Positions 1 to 8,724 of a stretch of 64,000 nucleotides of DNA are shown here, piece after piece; within the stretch, counting starts at the first letter, position 1, and each line of letters starts with the position of its first letter. The stretch is taken from positions 13,014 through 77,013 of the forward strand of contig CAYHBA010000005.1 of assembly GCA_964354755.1 (NCBI GenBank), given 5' to 3'. Under the pieces are notes generated by a model, which did no database searches, was not told where the DNA came from, and saw only the letters and a program-made list of their open reading frames with translations. Source of the stretch: an uncultured Thermoplasmata archaeon. GTDB taxonomy: Archaea > Thermoplasmatota > Thermoplasmata > SG8-5. Both the position numbers and the translations under genes were made by a program.

Positions 1-2135
1 TGACAACGAACCTGATGGTGACCTGCTGCTTGTAGAACACTGTCTCCGGGTCAATGGTCTGCTCGGAGATTGCCACGTCCTGCGTGAACTTGCTGGTGAT
101 GTTCCCGAGCCACAGTATGGCCTTGTAGGCGTACTGGCACTGCGTGGCTGTGTCGCTGATCCTGGAGAATTCCCAGGTCTGCGCCAGGATTCTCGAATCT
201 ATTATAGTGTCCGATGGATAATCGTCGGAATTATAGGAAAGAGCGTAAACCCTGGTGTTGGCGCTGTCGTTCAGCGCTATTCTGGGCTTGTCCGGTATGT
301 CGTTGTAGCCCCAGTAATAGGCAGAGTCGGTTCCTGCGACTCTCACCTCGGTATTGATTGGGATATCTGCGAAGTAATCGGTCACCGGGTGCGAGGCATT
401 TCCGTACAGCTCTGTCGGAAGCGGAGCGATATTGCCAGCCGAAGGAATGCTGACATGTAGATATGCGTTCGCGAAGGTTGCGAGGCTCGACGTGGTCTGC
501 GCTTCGGTCCAGAAGCCCTGGCTGATGAGCCATAAGCTCCCGCCGTTCAGACCGTCTATGACTGTGCCGTTGGGATTACCCGTAAGGTATTTTTGCAGGT
601 TGGCCACGTCGTCGGTCCTGTCGGACCACGGGGCATTGGACACGGTGAGAGTCTTGCTTGTCCGGTATCCGGTCATCCAGATGACCACGTCGTAATCCAT
701 GAGCGGGTAATCCCCGTAATTGTATCCGGGGCCGTCACCCGCGCCGACAATAGTGAAGTCGTACTCGAAGTCCGCGGACTCCAGCGAGGCGCGCATGAAG
801 GATACGGTGTCGCTGTCGCTCAGGTCATTGACATGCGAATCGTCGTCCACCAGTAGTATCTTCGGCATGACTGATATATTGGTGTAGTTCGTGTTGTCCG
901 TCATGTCCGGGTCATAGAAATCCGCGGTGACCGTGGCAGGGCTGACTTCCGCATAGACGATAATCATGTGAACGCCGCCGGGCGATGCCAACCAGGACAC
1001 CTTTGCGTCCTGCTGGCCTACCTCAGGGACCAGTATGGTCCTCGGAACCGTGTTGATGAGGCTGGCAGCGTTTAGGTAGTCCATGTAGAAATACACGTCG
1101 ACATTGGCGCCCTTCCCGCCCAGGTTGAGTATCGTGGCAGTTATCTCGACGGTGTCGCCGTTCGTGGGCTCCGGGTTGCTGAATGTGATGTATTCATATT
1201 TATCTGTCTCGGGATTGTTCCCCTTGACGACTATCTGGGGTTTCTCTCCCACAATCTGGCCGACCGGGAACCTTCCTGCAAACATTGACGAATGTCCTGT
1301 GATATCGGTCGCATTGAAGATGAACATGTAATAACCTATGGGTATCTTGAACGGGCCGTTGCTGTAGGCGACATAGATGTTGTCGTTCGGCGCGTCCCGC
1401 GAGTCAAGCACATCCTGGAGCTGTATGGGCGATATCGTGGAATTGAAGATGGAGCTCACATTGACCCAGAGGTCGCTCTTGTTAAGGCCGTTAACCGTGT
1501 CGAATCCCTCCGGGTCGACAATCTCAGCGTAGATCTTGAACTGCTTCTCGAACCCGATGGGGCCGTAATCGTCCACCTCCGGCGTGGCCAGGTCGCTGTC
1601 TATCCAGGCCCTCTTTATTATCGGGCCGTAGTTGTTCGCGCCCTCGCCCAATGTCTCGTGCCAGACCAGGGCGTTCTTCTCCTGGTCGATGATGGTGATT
1701 GTGTACACAGCGTTCGGGTCCAGTGCCACGGGCATTACTTCCACGTTGGATATTCTATAAACCCACCATTCCCCGACACCCCAGTTTGAATCGCCATTCA
1801 CGTCGGTCGAGTTGAGACCGTCAGCCACACCCTTAGTGAGCATCTTGTTGTCCACGGTTATGTATATCTTTATCCACAGTGGGTCCATCACCTGGCCGCC
1901 CTGGTGCAGCACCCTGAAATCCACGCCCTGCGTCCAGTCATCCTGGTTTACCGGCTTCAGGCTGCACTTCAGGTCCACGATGAAGGTCTGCCTCGGGGCC
2001 GGCATTGAGCCGACCATGGTGATTATACTCGAGAAAAGGACAACTGTGATGCTCAGCATCAGAATGGTCCCGATAATCTCGCTCACACCGGATTTCTCCC
2101 AAACAATCCGTCTCCTGATCATGTGTTCTGCCATA
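1..2135 (-). CDS. Large secreted/surface protein with an N-terminal archaeal class III (type IV pilin-like) signal peptide. The C-terminal part runs off the left edge of the window (partial).
   Basis: A continuous minus-strand reading frame runs from ATG (rc of cat at 2133-2135) to position 1, >700 codons with no stop, translated by eye. The N-terminus reads MAEHMIRRRIVWEKSGVSEIIGTILMLSITVVLFSSII, matching the [K/R]G-hydrophobic-E class III signal pattern. The mature part is rich in N-x-S/T sequons and Thr/Asp, typical of glycosylated surface proteins. An AT-rich TATA-like box (tataaata) and a purine run lie upstream. Confidence 0.6.
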
Positions 2136-2303
2136 ACGATACCTCTTTTCCTGATGGTACTATATCTAAAGGATGATATTTATACATAACTTGGTTAAAA
2201 CCACATTTTAACCACAGAACAGGCAGGAGAAAGCTGATTATTGCGGCATGCCCCGGCTGATGCTGGCATATTAGCGGCTGTAAGGCTGGGGCATGCGAAT
2301 GTT

Positions 2304-3278
2304 CTAGACAACTCTCTTTTTCGAGACCTTCTTCGCGGGCTTCGTCTCAATCTTCGTGCCGCATGCATAGCACATGACCGCGTCGTTGCTGATCATGGTT
2401 CCGCAGGACGGGCAGGGTATTTCCTCTTCGCCGCCGGCCGGGGCTTCCTCAGCCGGAGCCTCCTCGCTGCCGATCTTCGTGCCGCATGCATAGCACATGA
2501 CCGCATCGTTGCTGATCATGGTTCCGCAGGACGGGCAAGGCACTTCCCCCTCGGCTGCGGCTGCAGCCTCCTCTTTGACTGGCTCCGGTTCAGGTTCGGC
2601 CTCTGGTTCCGGCGCGGGTTCCTCTTCGGGCTCGGCTTTGGCTGTTTCGCCCACAGGCACTGGTTTCACGGCGCCGCGCAGCTGCTCCTCTTTGTCCAGG
2701 AGCTGTTGTTCCTTCTCTAACAGCTTTTTGGCGTCCTTCATCAGTTTGTCCTTATTGGCACCGAGTTCCTTTTCCTCCTTGGTAAGAGCCCTTTCTCTCG
2801 AAAGAATCTCTTCTGATTTGGATTTGAACTCCTCGAGAAGCGAGGCCATGTCCGATGCCGTGACCTTTGCCTTCTCGCCTGCTTCGATGAAGATCTTTCT
2901 CTTGTTGGCAATTTCGTCTTCGAGCTTCTTTATCTCTTCCTGCCTCTTCAGGATGTCCTGCTCTTGCGAAGAGAACTCCTTCTGCCTGCGTGTAATTTCA
3001 GCTTCTCTCGATTTCAGGTTGTTCTCTAGCTCAAGGATGGAATTCTTATGCGCCTCGAAGTCCTTCTGGTCATTCTTCAGTTTGGCGGACCTCTTCTCAA
3101 GGTCCCTCGTCTTCGAGTCAAGTTCATTTTGTTTGGAAGCCAGTTCCTTCTCATTGGCCTCGATGGCCTTGGTCTGTTCCTGGATGTCCAGGGCTTTCTG
3201 GCGGAGCTCCTGCTCTTTCTGCTTGAACTGCTCGGCCTGTTTCTGCATAACCTCCCAGATTGATGGTTCCTCACCCAA
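2304..3278 (-). CDS. Coiled-coil protein with two tandem C-terminal C4 zinc-ribbon modules
   Basis: 324-aa ORF. The N-terminal ~200 aa are strongly K/E/Q-rich heptad-like sequence (QKQAEQFKQKEQELRQKALDIQEQ...), then an acidic P/E/A linker. The module PCPSCGTMISNDAVMCYACGTKI occurs twice, 41 aa apart, encoded by a 123-bp tandem DNA repeat. Confidence 0.7.
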   Translation of the reverse strand: MGEEPSIWEVMQKQAEQFKQKEQELRQKALDIQEQTKAIEANEKELASKQNELDSKTRDLEKRSAKLKNDQKDFEAHKNSILELENNLKSREAEITRRQKEFSSQEQDILKRQEEIKKLEDEIANKRKIFIEAGEKAKVTASDMASLLEEFKSKSEEILSRERALTKEEKELGANKDKLMKDAKKLLEKEQQLLDKEEQLRGAVKPVPVGETAKAEPEEEPAPEPEAEPEPEPVKEEAAAAAEGEVPCPSCGTMISNDAVMCYACGTKIGSEEAPAEEAPAGGEEEIPCPSCGTMISNDAVMCYACGTKIETKPAKKVSKKRVV

Positions 3279-3356
3279 AGGGATTCCTCCGTTTCACTTA
3301 TGATATTGGTCGACATGGATACTTTGATACATTAAGTATTTTTGCTATATGAGCGG

Positions 3357-4067
3357 TCATTCGCCCGTGTCAAATATCGGCCCAAGGACAACTATGCCGT
3401 CCTTGGCGACCTCCACGGCATGCTTCTCCATGCTGTGCTGCGAAGCCCTCATCTTCTCGACCTGGAGATACCTGACCAGCTTTCCGCGGTTCCTGTCGAG
3501 GCCCAGCATTATGATCCCGTCCACCAGGAAACCCTCGTTGCCGAGCATCTGCGATTCTCCGCCAGCGGCTCTTTCCATCACGATGAAGGCCGTGATATTG
3601 TTGTCCCTCAGCATCTTGAAGAAGTAGAACATGCGCTTCCGCATCTTCGAGACATCCTCCATCAGAGAATAAAGGGCACCCAGGGAGTCGAGGCAGAACA
3701 CGGAGAACTTGTCCCCGTACTTTTTCTTGAAGTACATTATCATCTTCTCGACGAATTTGATGTAATCTGTTTCCTCGCCCTGGTCGACTACCTTGTCCAC
3801 TTCCCTCAGGTCAGTGAAATCGGAAATCTGCATGTGCGGCGAAAGCTTGATTCCCAAGCTCTTCATGTTCCTGAGATGGCTTTTGGATGTTTCCTCCAGG
3901 GTGCAGTAAAGTCCGAACTGGCTCACAGATTCCAGGTATCTCGACATCAGCGTGTAGCAGAAGCTTGTCTTCATGGAACCCGGCGGGCCCGTGATGAGCA
4001 CCACGCAGGGCGGATCAATATCTGTCTTGAACACCTTTTCCATTCCGGGTATCGAGTTCTTGAACAT
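3357..4067 (-). CDS. KaiC/RadA-like single-domain RecA-superfamily ATPase (COG0467-like)
   Basis: 236 aa. Walker A reads VVLITGPPGSMKTSF and a Walker B-like hydrophobic strand ends in D (FSVFCLDSLG). Size and motif spacing resemble archaeal KaiC-like/ArlH-like ATPases. It is co-directional with, and immediately upstream of, the coiled-coil zinc-ribbon gene. Confidence 0.8.
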   Translation of the reverse strand: MFKNSIPGMEKVFKTDIDPPCVVLITGPPGSMKTSFCYTLMSRYLESVSQFGLYCTLEETSKSHLRNMKSLGIKLSPHMQISDFTDLREVDKVVDQGEETDYIKFVEKMIMYFKKKYGDKFSVFCLDSLGALYSLMEDVSKMRKRMFYFFKMLRDNNITAFIVMERAAGGESQMLGNEGFLVDGIIMLGLDRNRGKLVRYLQVEKMRASQHSMEKHAVEVAKDGIVVLGPIFDTGE

Positions 4068-4176
4068 CGCAAACCCCCAAATATTTATTGTCGTGGGCTT
4101 GAAGGCATTTTAGGATTTATACTTACCCGTGCCTCACGCTCTCGCCCATGCATATTCAGTAATTATTAATACCCAA

Positions 4177-5883
4177 ATGAGTTTTACCGATGATAATACA
4201 ATAGGTGATAATCTGGCAGACGGAGCCAATGTGCAAAAAAGTAGGACTTGCCCAGTATGCGACGAGGCTGTTCCGCCCGATGCCCAGGTATGCCCTTCCT
4301 GCAGCACTGACCTATCGCTTTTCTCAGCCGATGACTCAGGCGGCGACCTGACAGACCCCGAGGAGCTTAAAAGGTCGCTGTTGTCAGCAGAAAATGGGCA
4401 TGTGGCTGAGCTTCTTCACGCGGCCGAGGACAACCTCCCGCCCCTTCCTCCGAAACCGTCCGCGGCAGAGTCTGGCGAGTCCGCCGAATGCCCTGCATGC
4501 CACAAATCCATAGCCATGGAGGCAGTGAAATGCCCGCATTGCGGCGTCGAGTTCGTTATAGAAGAGGTGTTCGAGTGCCCGATGTGCGGAACGCTTGTGG
4601 ATATTCATGTCAATAAATGCCCCAGCTGCAACGCAGAGTTCGTGGACGAAGCTGAACCGGCCGCCTCACAACCCCCGGTCCAACATGCGGCAGCCCCGAA
4701 ACCGCCCCAGCCCGAGCCCAAGCTCGAGCCTGCCAGTTTCGTCGACAGGCTCAGGCAGATGAAGGATGAAGGCCCGTCAAAACCGGCTGAATCTGCCCAG
4801 CCCAAGAAGGAACTGTCATTTGCGGAGCGGATGAAATTGATGAAGGGCGACAAACCGGCTGAGGTTGCGCCCGCGCAACCAGCTCCGACAACCCCGGCTC
4901 GGCCCCCCTCCCAGGCAGCCTCGAAGCCTCAGGCACAGCCGCAGAAGGTTCCTCCGCAGGCAACCCAGGCAGCAGCCCAGCCCAAGAAGGAGGCCAGCAT
5001 CTCGGACAGGGTCAAGTCATTGAAGGATGGGGCAGTTACACAGGCCAAACCCGCGCAGCCGGTGCCGACGCAGAAACCGACCCAGCCCCAGGTTCCGACA
5101 CCCGAGGCATCTGTGAAGGAGGGATACAAGGAACTGCCTGTTTACATCGGCGAGGTGAAGAAACTGCTTATCATAGCCAATAATCTTTACATTGATGTTT
5201 CAACGAGCAAGGCCCTCATCAACAGGGCCGTATCGGCCGGAAAGACCCGGGACCTGGAGAATGCAGTCAAACTCGTCAAGGAGGGCAAGACGGGTCTCGA
5301 GAAGGACATAAGAATCGCAATGCTGTCCAAGCTCAGGACATTAGAAACGGCTCTCTCCCTGGAGAGGAAATCGGGCAAGGACACATCCCCGCAGGAACGG
5401 GCCATCAGCGAATCCAGGAAATCCATCGATGTGGCCGATTTCCAGTCTGCCATAGACACGATGAAAAGGTTGGAGAATCATTTGCTCAGCACTTCAACCG
5501 CCAACCTTTCCCAGGTGGAACTGGAGTCCGTATCCTGCGCGATGGCCGACGCAGACGCCCTTCACCTGAATGTTGGCGAGGCCAAGGCATTGTACAATGC
5601 CGCTGTGCAGGCCAATGCCCAGAAGGATTCACAGAAATTGGCTCAGTATTCAAAGCAGGCAACCGAAGTGCTCAACAAGGTCTTGCCCCCCTACATCTCG
5701 GCCGAGATGAGGAAGGCCAAGGTCACCCTGAGGGAAATCAAAATGATGAACGTGGACATCTCCAGCCCGGTGAACCTCCTGAAGGAGGCCAACGATCACG
5801 TTCTCAGTGGCAATTACTGCGCGGCCCTGGGTTCCATTAAAAAATTCAAGGATTTTGTCGATAGGGCACAGCAGCAGGGTTGA
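4177..5883 (+). CDS. Multi-zinc-ribbon protein with a long P/Q/A-rich low-complexity linker and a C-terminal alpha-helical domain
   Basis: ATG at 4177 is in frame with track ORF 4129 (M17). It is preceded by an AT-rich TATA-like stretch and is likely leaderless. At least four C-x2-C...C-x2-C ribbons are present (CPVCDE..CPSC, CPACHK..CPHCG, CPMCG..CPSCN). A ~200-aa P/Q/A/K-rich linker is followed by a conserved helical C-terminal domain. Confidence 0.7.
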   Translation: MSFTDDNTIGDNLADGANVQKSRTCPVCDEAVPPDAQVCPSCSTDLSLFSADDSGGDLTDPEELKRSLLSAENGHVAELLHAAEDNLPPLPPKPSAAESGESAECPACHKSIAMEAVKCPHCGVEFVIEEVFECPMCGTLVDIHVNKCPSCNAEFVDEAEPAASQPPVQHAAAPKPPQPEPKLEPASFVDRLRQMKDEGPSKPAESAQPKKELSFAERMKLMKGDKPAEVAPAQPAPTTPARPPSQAASKPQAQPQKVPPQATQAAAQPKKEASISDRVKSLKDGAVTQAKPAQPVPTQKPTQPQVPTPEASVKEGYKELPVYIGEVKKLLIIANNLYIDVSTSKALINRAVSAGKTRDLENAVKLVKEGKTGLEKDIRIAMLSKLRTLETALSLERKSGKDTSPQERAISESRKSIDVADFQSAIDTMKRLENHLLSTSTANLSQVELESVSCAMADADALHLNVGEAKALYNAAVQANAQKDSQKLAQYSKQATEVLNKVLPPYISAEMRKAKVTLREIKMMNVDISSPVNLLKEANDHVLSGNYCAALGSIKKFKDFVDRAQQQG

Positions 5884-5890
5884 ATTCCGG

Positions 5891-8191
5891 CTATTTCTGG
5901 AGGAAGCTGACTATCTCCATCTCCCTTTCAAGTATTTTCAGGCCCTGTTCATCAATGGTCTCGGGCGTCACCGATGTTATGAATATGGCATCGCTTTCCG
6001 AGACCTCGTCGATGAGCCTCCTGAGGAATCTCAGCACGGCATCGAAGTTGTTGTTGCTGATAAGATAGTCAAGGCCGTCTATGAGCAGCACTGATTTCCC
6101 CGGGGAATTGAGGAAGTCCTCTATTCTGTAAATTATCCTCTCCAGAACAGGCATGACCCTGTTATCAGAATCGCCCTCCTTGTCTGTCAGCCACAGTATG
6201 GAGGCATCTCCGATGTCGAACTGCTCCCTCACGCGCTTCGGGTTGATTCTGGTCAGGGCAAAGCCCTTCATGCCCACGTTCAGATTGTCCACGAAGTACT
6301 CGAAGCACTTGACTGGTCTTTCCTCCTCGATGAGGTAGCTGTGGGAAATTTTCAGGCTCTCCTCCCTTTTGTGAATGGGCGCAATCTCCGCGGTGACCTT
6401 CACCTCCTCCTCCGGGACATTGTCCTCGGGCAGCTCGTCCTTGAGGGCCAATTTGGCTGTTTCGGTGGTGATGGGCACCTTCATGAGTTCCGAATAAGCC
6501 GCCAGGGTTTTCAGCGCCCCTTCCAGCATGCGGATGTTCCTGACGTACCTCTTTGCGATGTAGTACACGACATCGTCGCCCAATACGATTTTCTTGGCTT
6601 CCGCCTTTTTCTTGAGTATTGCCTGCCTCGTTTCAATGTCTGGCGGCAGCATTTCTGTGGCAAGGCCGGCGTCGAACCTCGATACCAGCCTCTCCTTCAT
6701 GCCGGAAACCTCCCTTATCGGGCGGTCGCAGGTCATGACAATCTGCTTCCCGTCCTTGTAAAGGGCGTTGAACATGTGGAAGAACTCGTCCTGCACAGCT
6801 TCTTGGCCAGCGATGAAATGCACATCGTCCAGGAGGAGGAAGTCCAGGTCCCTGTATTTCTTCCTGAACTGTTTCTTCTTGTTTCCTTTGATGGCATCGA
6901 TGAATTCGTTGATGAATTTCTCCGCCGAGACATACAGCACCCTCTTGTTGGAATAGTTCTCGGAAACATAGTTGCCTATGGCATGAAGCAGGTGGGTCTT
7001 TCCCAGCCCGGTGCAGCTGCATATGAACAGGGGATTGTACTGAGATGTCCCGGGTTTGGCCACGGCCGTGGCTGCGGACTGGCTGAATCTGTTGGATTCG
7101 CCCACGACGAAATTGTCGAAGGTGAAGTTAGGGATGAGGTTGGACTCCCCGATGGGCCGCGGCACATCGCCCAACGGCGAATTGTCCGCCCCGCATGTGG
7201 GGCATTCCATTTTCCCGTAAAGCCCTGCGCCGCACACCGTGCATTTGTCATCGTGCATCTTCTCGGGCGGGAAAATATCCCCCTGGCCGCCCAATTTTTC
7301 CTCCGCATCTTCCTCTGGCATTTCCGACTCCGAAACTGTAACGAGCTCCTGGGATGCCTGGACAGTGGAAGGCGATGTGGCTTTCTCCGGCGTCTCCGAG
7401 TCCTCGGCCAGGTATTGCGCCAGCTTATCCTCCCTCTTTTTGACCTTTTCAAGCTCTACCTTCAGTTTCAGCCCCTGGATGGCCGCCTCTATCGCGGTGA
7501 TCTTCGAGGGATTCTTCAGCATGGCCCTGATGCGCTCCACATCCGTGCTGAACATCTTGCAGTCAAGGGTTTCCATTTCTTTTTTGAGGAACTCGGCCCT
7601 TTCCAGATTCGCTCCGAACTGGTTGAAAGCCAGGGTTGCGCCGGCAGGGTTTTTCTGAAGCTCCTCCTCAAGAGGCTTGACAATGTATCCCCGCGACCGC
7701 CAGTCATCCAGCTTTTTCCTGAGTTCCTCTGGCGCACCGGCGATGTCCGCGGCCGCGGCCTGCTCCTCCTCCTCTCCCCAGGCCAGGGAAAAGCGTGTCC
7801 TCCTTTTGACCACCTTTTTCTCGGTCTTCACGACATTTGAGCTGGGATATTTCTGGAGAATATCGGATATGTCCAGCCTGCCATGGACCTCCAACAGGGC
7901 TTCGGGCTCGTATGTGTCCCCCCAGGCGAGCTTCAGACCCTCCTCGCCCAGCTTCGTGGGGACGAACCGACCTTCAGTCTGCCGCCCATAGATGGCCGCG
8001 ATGAGCACACCGTCCCTGATGACAAGGTACCCCTCGGAAGTGTAATTGTCGCGTTTCCGCTTGGTGAGCATATAGCCGGAGAAACCGAACTTCTTCAGCT
8101 TCTCGATGCTGAGTTCCAGAGCCTTTGGGCTGCCGTGTATGGTGCTCAGCACCTTACCCTCTGGGATGCCTTCGCTTGCGATATGCAACAC
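5891..8191 (-). CDS. Multidomain protein: N-terminal alpha/beta domain, coiled coil, C4 zinc ribbon, bacterial-DnaA-type AAA+ ATPase (DnaA domain III), and a C-terminal DUF835-like domain
   Basis: 766 aa. The central ~230 aa align residue-by-residue with E. coli DnaA domain III as recalled: FTFDNFVVGESNRF...YNPLFICSCTGLGKTHLLHAIGN (Walker A), DFLLLDDVHFIAGQEAVQDEFFHMFNAL (Walker B/sensor), TCDRPIREVSGMKERLVSRFDAGL (box VII Arg finger), and IAKRYVRNIRMLEGAL (sensor II). A zinc ribbon CTVCGAGLYGKMECPTCG lies upstream. The C-terminal ~130 aa (ALTRINPKRVREQF...LLIDGLDYL...) resemble DUF835. No DnaA domain IV HTH is present. Confidence 0.8.
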   Translation of the reverse strand: MLHIASEGIPEGKVLSTIHGSPKALELSIEKLKKFGFSGYMLTKRKRDNYTSEGYLVIRDGVLIAAIYGRQTEGRFVPTKLGEEGLKLAWGDTYEPEALLEVHGRLDISDILQKYPSSNVVKTEKKVVKRRTRFSLAWGEEEEQAAAADIAGAPEELRKKLDDWRSRGYIVKPLEEELQKNPAGATLAFNQFGANLERAEFLKKEMETLDCKMFSTDVERIRAMLKNPSKITAIEAAIQGLKLKVELEKVKKREDKLAQYLAEDSETPEKATSPSTVQASQELVTVSESEMPEEDAEEKLGGQGDIFPPEKMHDDKCTVCGAGLYGKMECPTCGADNSPLGDVPRPIGESNLIPNFTFDNFVVGESNRFSQSAATAVAKPGTSQYNPLFICSCTGLGKTHLLHAIGNYVSENYSNKRVLYVSAEKFINEFIDAIKGNKKKQFRKKYRDLDFLLLDDVHFIAGQEAVQDEFFHMFNALYKDGKQIVMTCDRPIREVSGMKERLVSRFDAGLATEMLPPDIETRQAILKKKAEAKKIVLGDDVVYYIAKRYVRNIRMLEGALKTLAAYSELMKVPITTETAKLALKDELPEDNVPEEEVKVTAEIAPIHKREESLKISHSYLIEEERPVKCFEYFVDNLNVGMKGFALTRINPKRVREQFDIGDASILWLTDKEGDSDNRVMPVLERIIYRIEDFLNSPGKSVLLIDGLDYLISNNNFDAVLRFLRRLIDEVSESDAIFITSVTPETIDEQGLKILEREMEIVSFLQK

Positions 8192-8298
8192 CTGCCTTCT
8201 GCCTCACTGCCGGTCTAGGCCGGGTGGAATGAAGCCAAGTATTGAACAGCGTTATATAAGTTTTCAGTTGATAGGTCAACATCATATAAAAGTATAAA

Positions 8299-8724
8299 AT
8301 GGGGAACGTGTATAAGGGTGCGATAAGCATGCTCACCGAAATCAGCGAACTGTTGGGAATGGAAGTTTACACAGACAAGGGAATAGCCCTGGGCAATGTC
8401 GACGATCTCATCATCGAGACCGACACCCAGAGGATAGACGGACTCTTCATCGGAAATCCGAATCCGCTTCTGGTCGAGCACTCCAAGCCTGTCAGCGTGC
8501 CCTACAGATGGATAAACAATGTCGGCGATGTTATTATACTCAAGTATTTCCCGAAATTCGTGCAGACCGGTGCATCTCCGGAGCGCGTGCCCAAGGTGAG
8601 GAAACTTGCCGATGAGATGAGGCAATTTGCCCATACTACCGAGGAGAAGCTTCTTCATGCGGAACATGCGGCCGCCGAGAAGCTGAAGGGCAAGCCCCTG
8701 TCAGAGGAAATCAAGGAAATCTAA
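8299..8724 (+). CDS. PRC-barrel domain protein
   Basis: 141 aa. The sequence ELLGMEVYTDKGIALGNVDDLIIETDTQRIDGLFIG matches the PRC-barrel consensus. TATA-like elements (tatataag 8255-8262, tataaaag 8284-8291) lie upstream. Confidence 0.7.
   Translation: MGNVYKGAISMLTEISELLGMEVYTDKGIALGNVDDLIIETDTQRIDGLFIGNPNPLLVEHSKPVSVPYRWINNVGDVIILKYFPKFVQTGASPERVPKVRKLADEMRQFAHTTEEKLLHAEHAAAEKLKGKPLSEEIKEI

Noticed and set aside
6341-7840. Long antisense or out-of-frame ORFs inside real genes. Examples: 499 aa on + inside the DnaA-like gene; 12041-12760 inside dph5; 15223-16017 inside the radical SAM gene; 40575-41621 inside the NuoL-like gene; 34923-35495 inside the GNAT gene; 60034-60882 inside paralog 3.
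   Set aside because: These are GC-rich shadow ORFs with R/P/G/H-rich, low-complexity translations. They have no recognisable motifs and overlap strongly supported genes on the other strand or frame.
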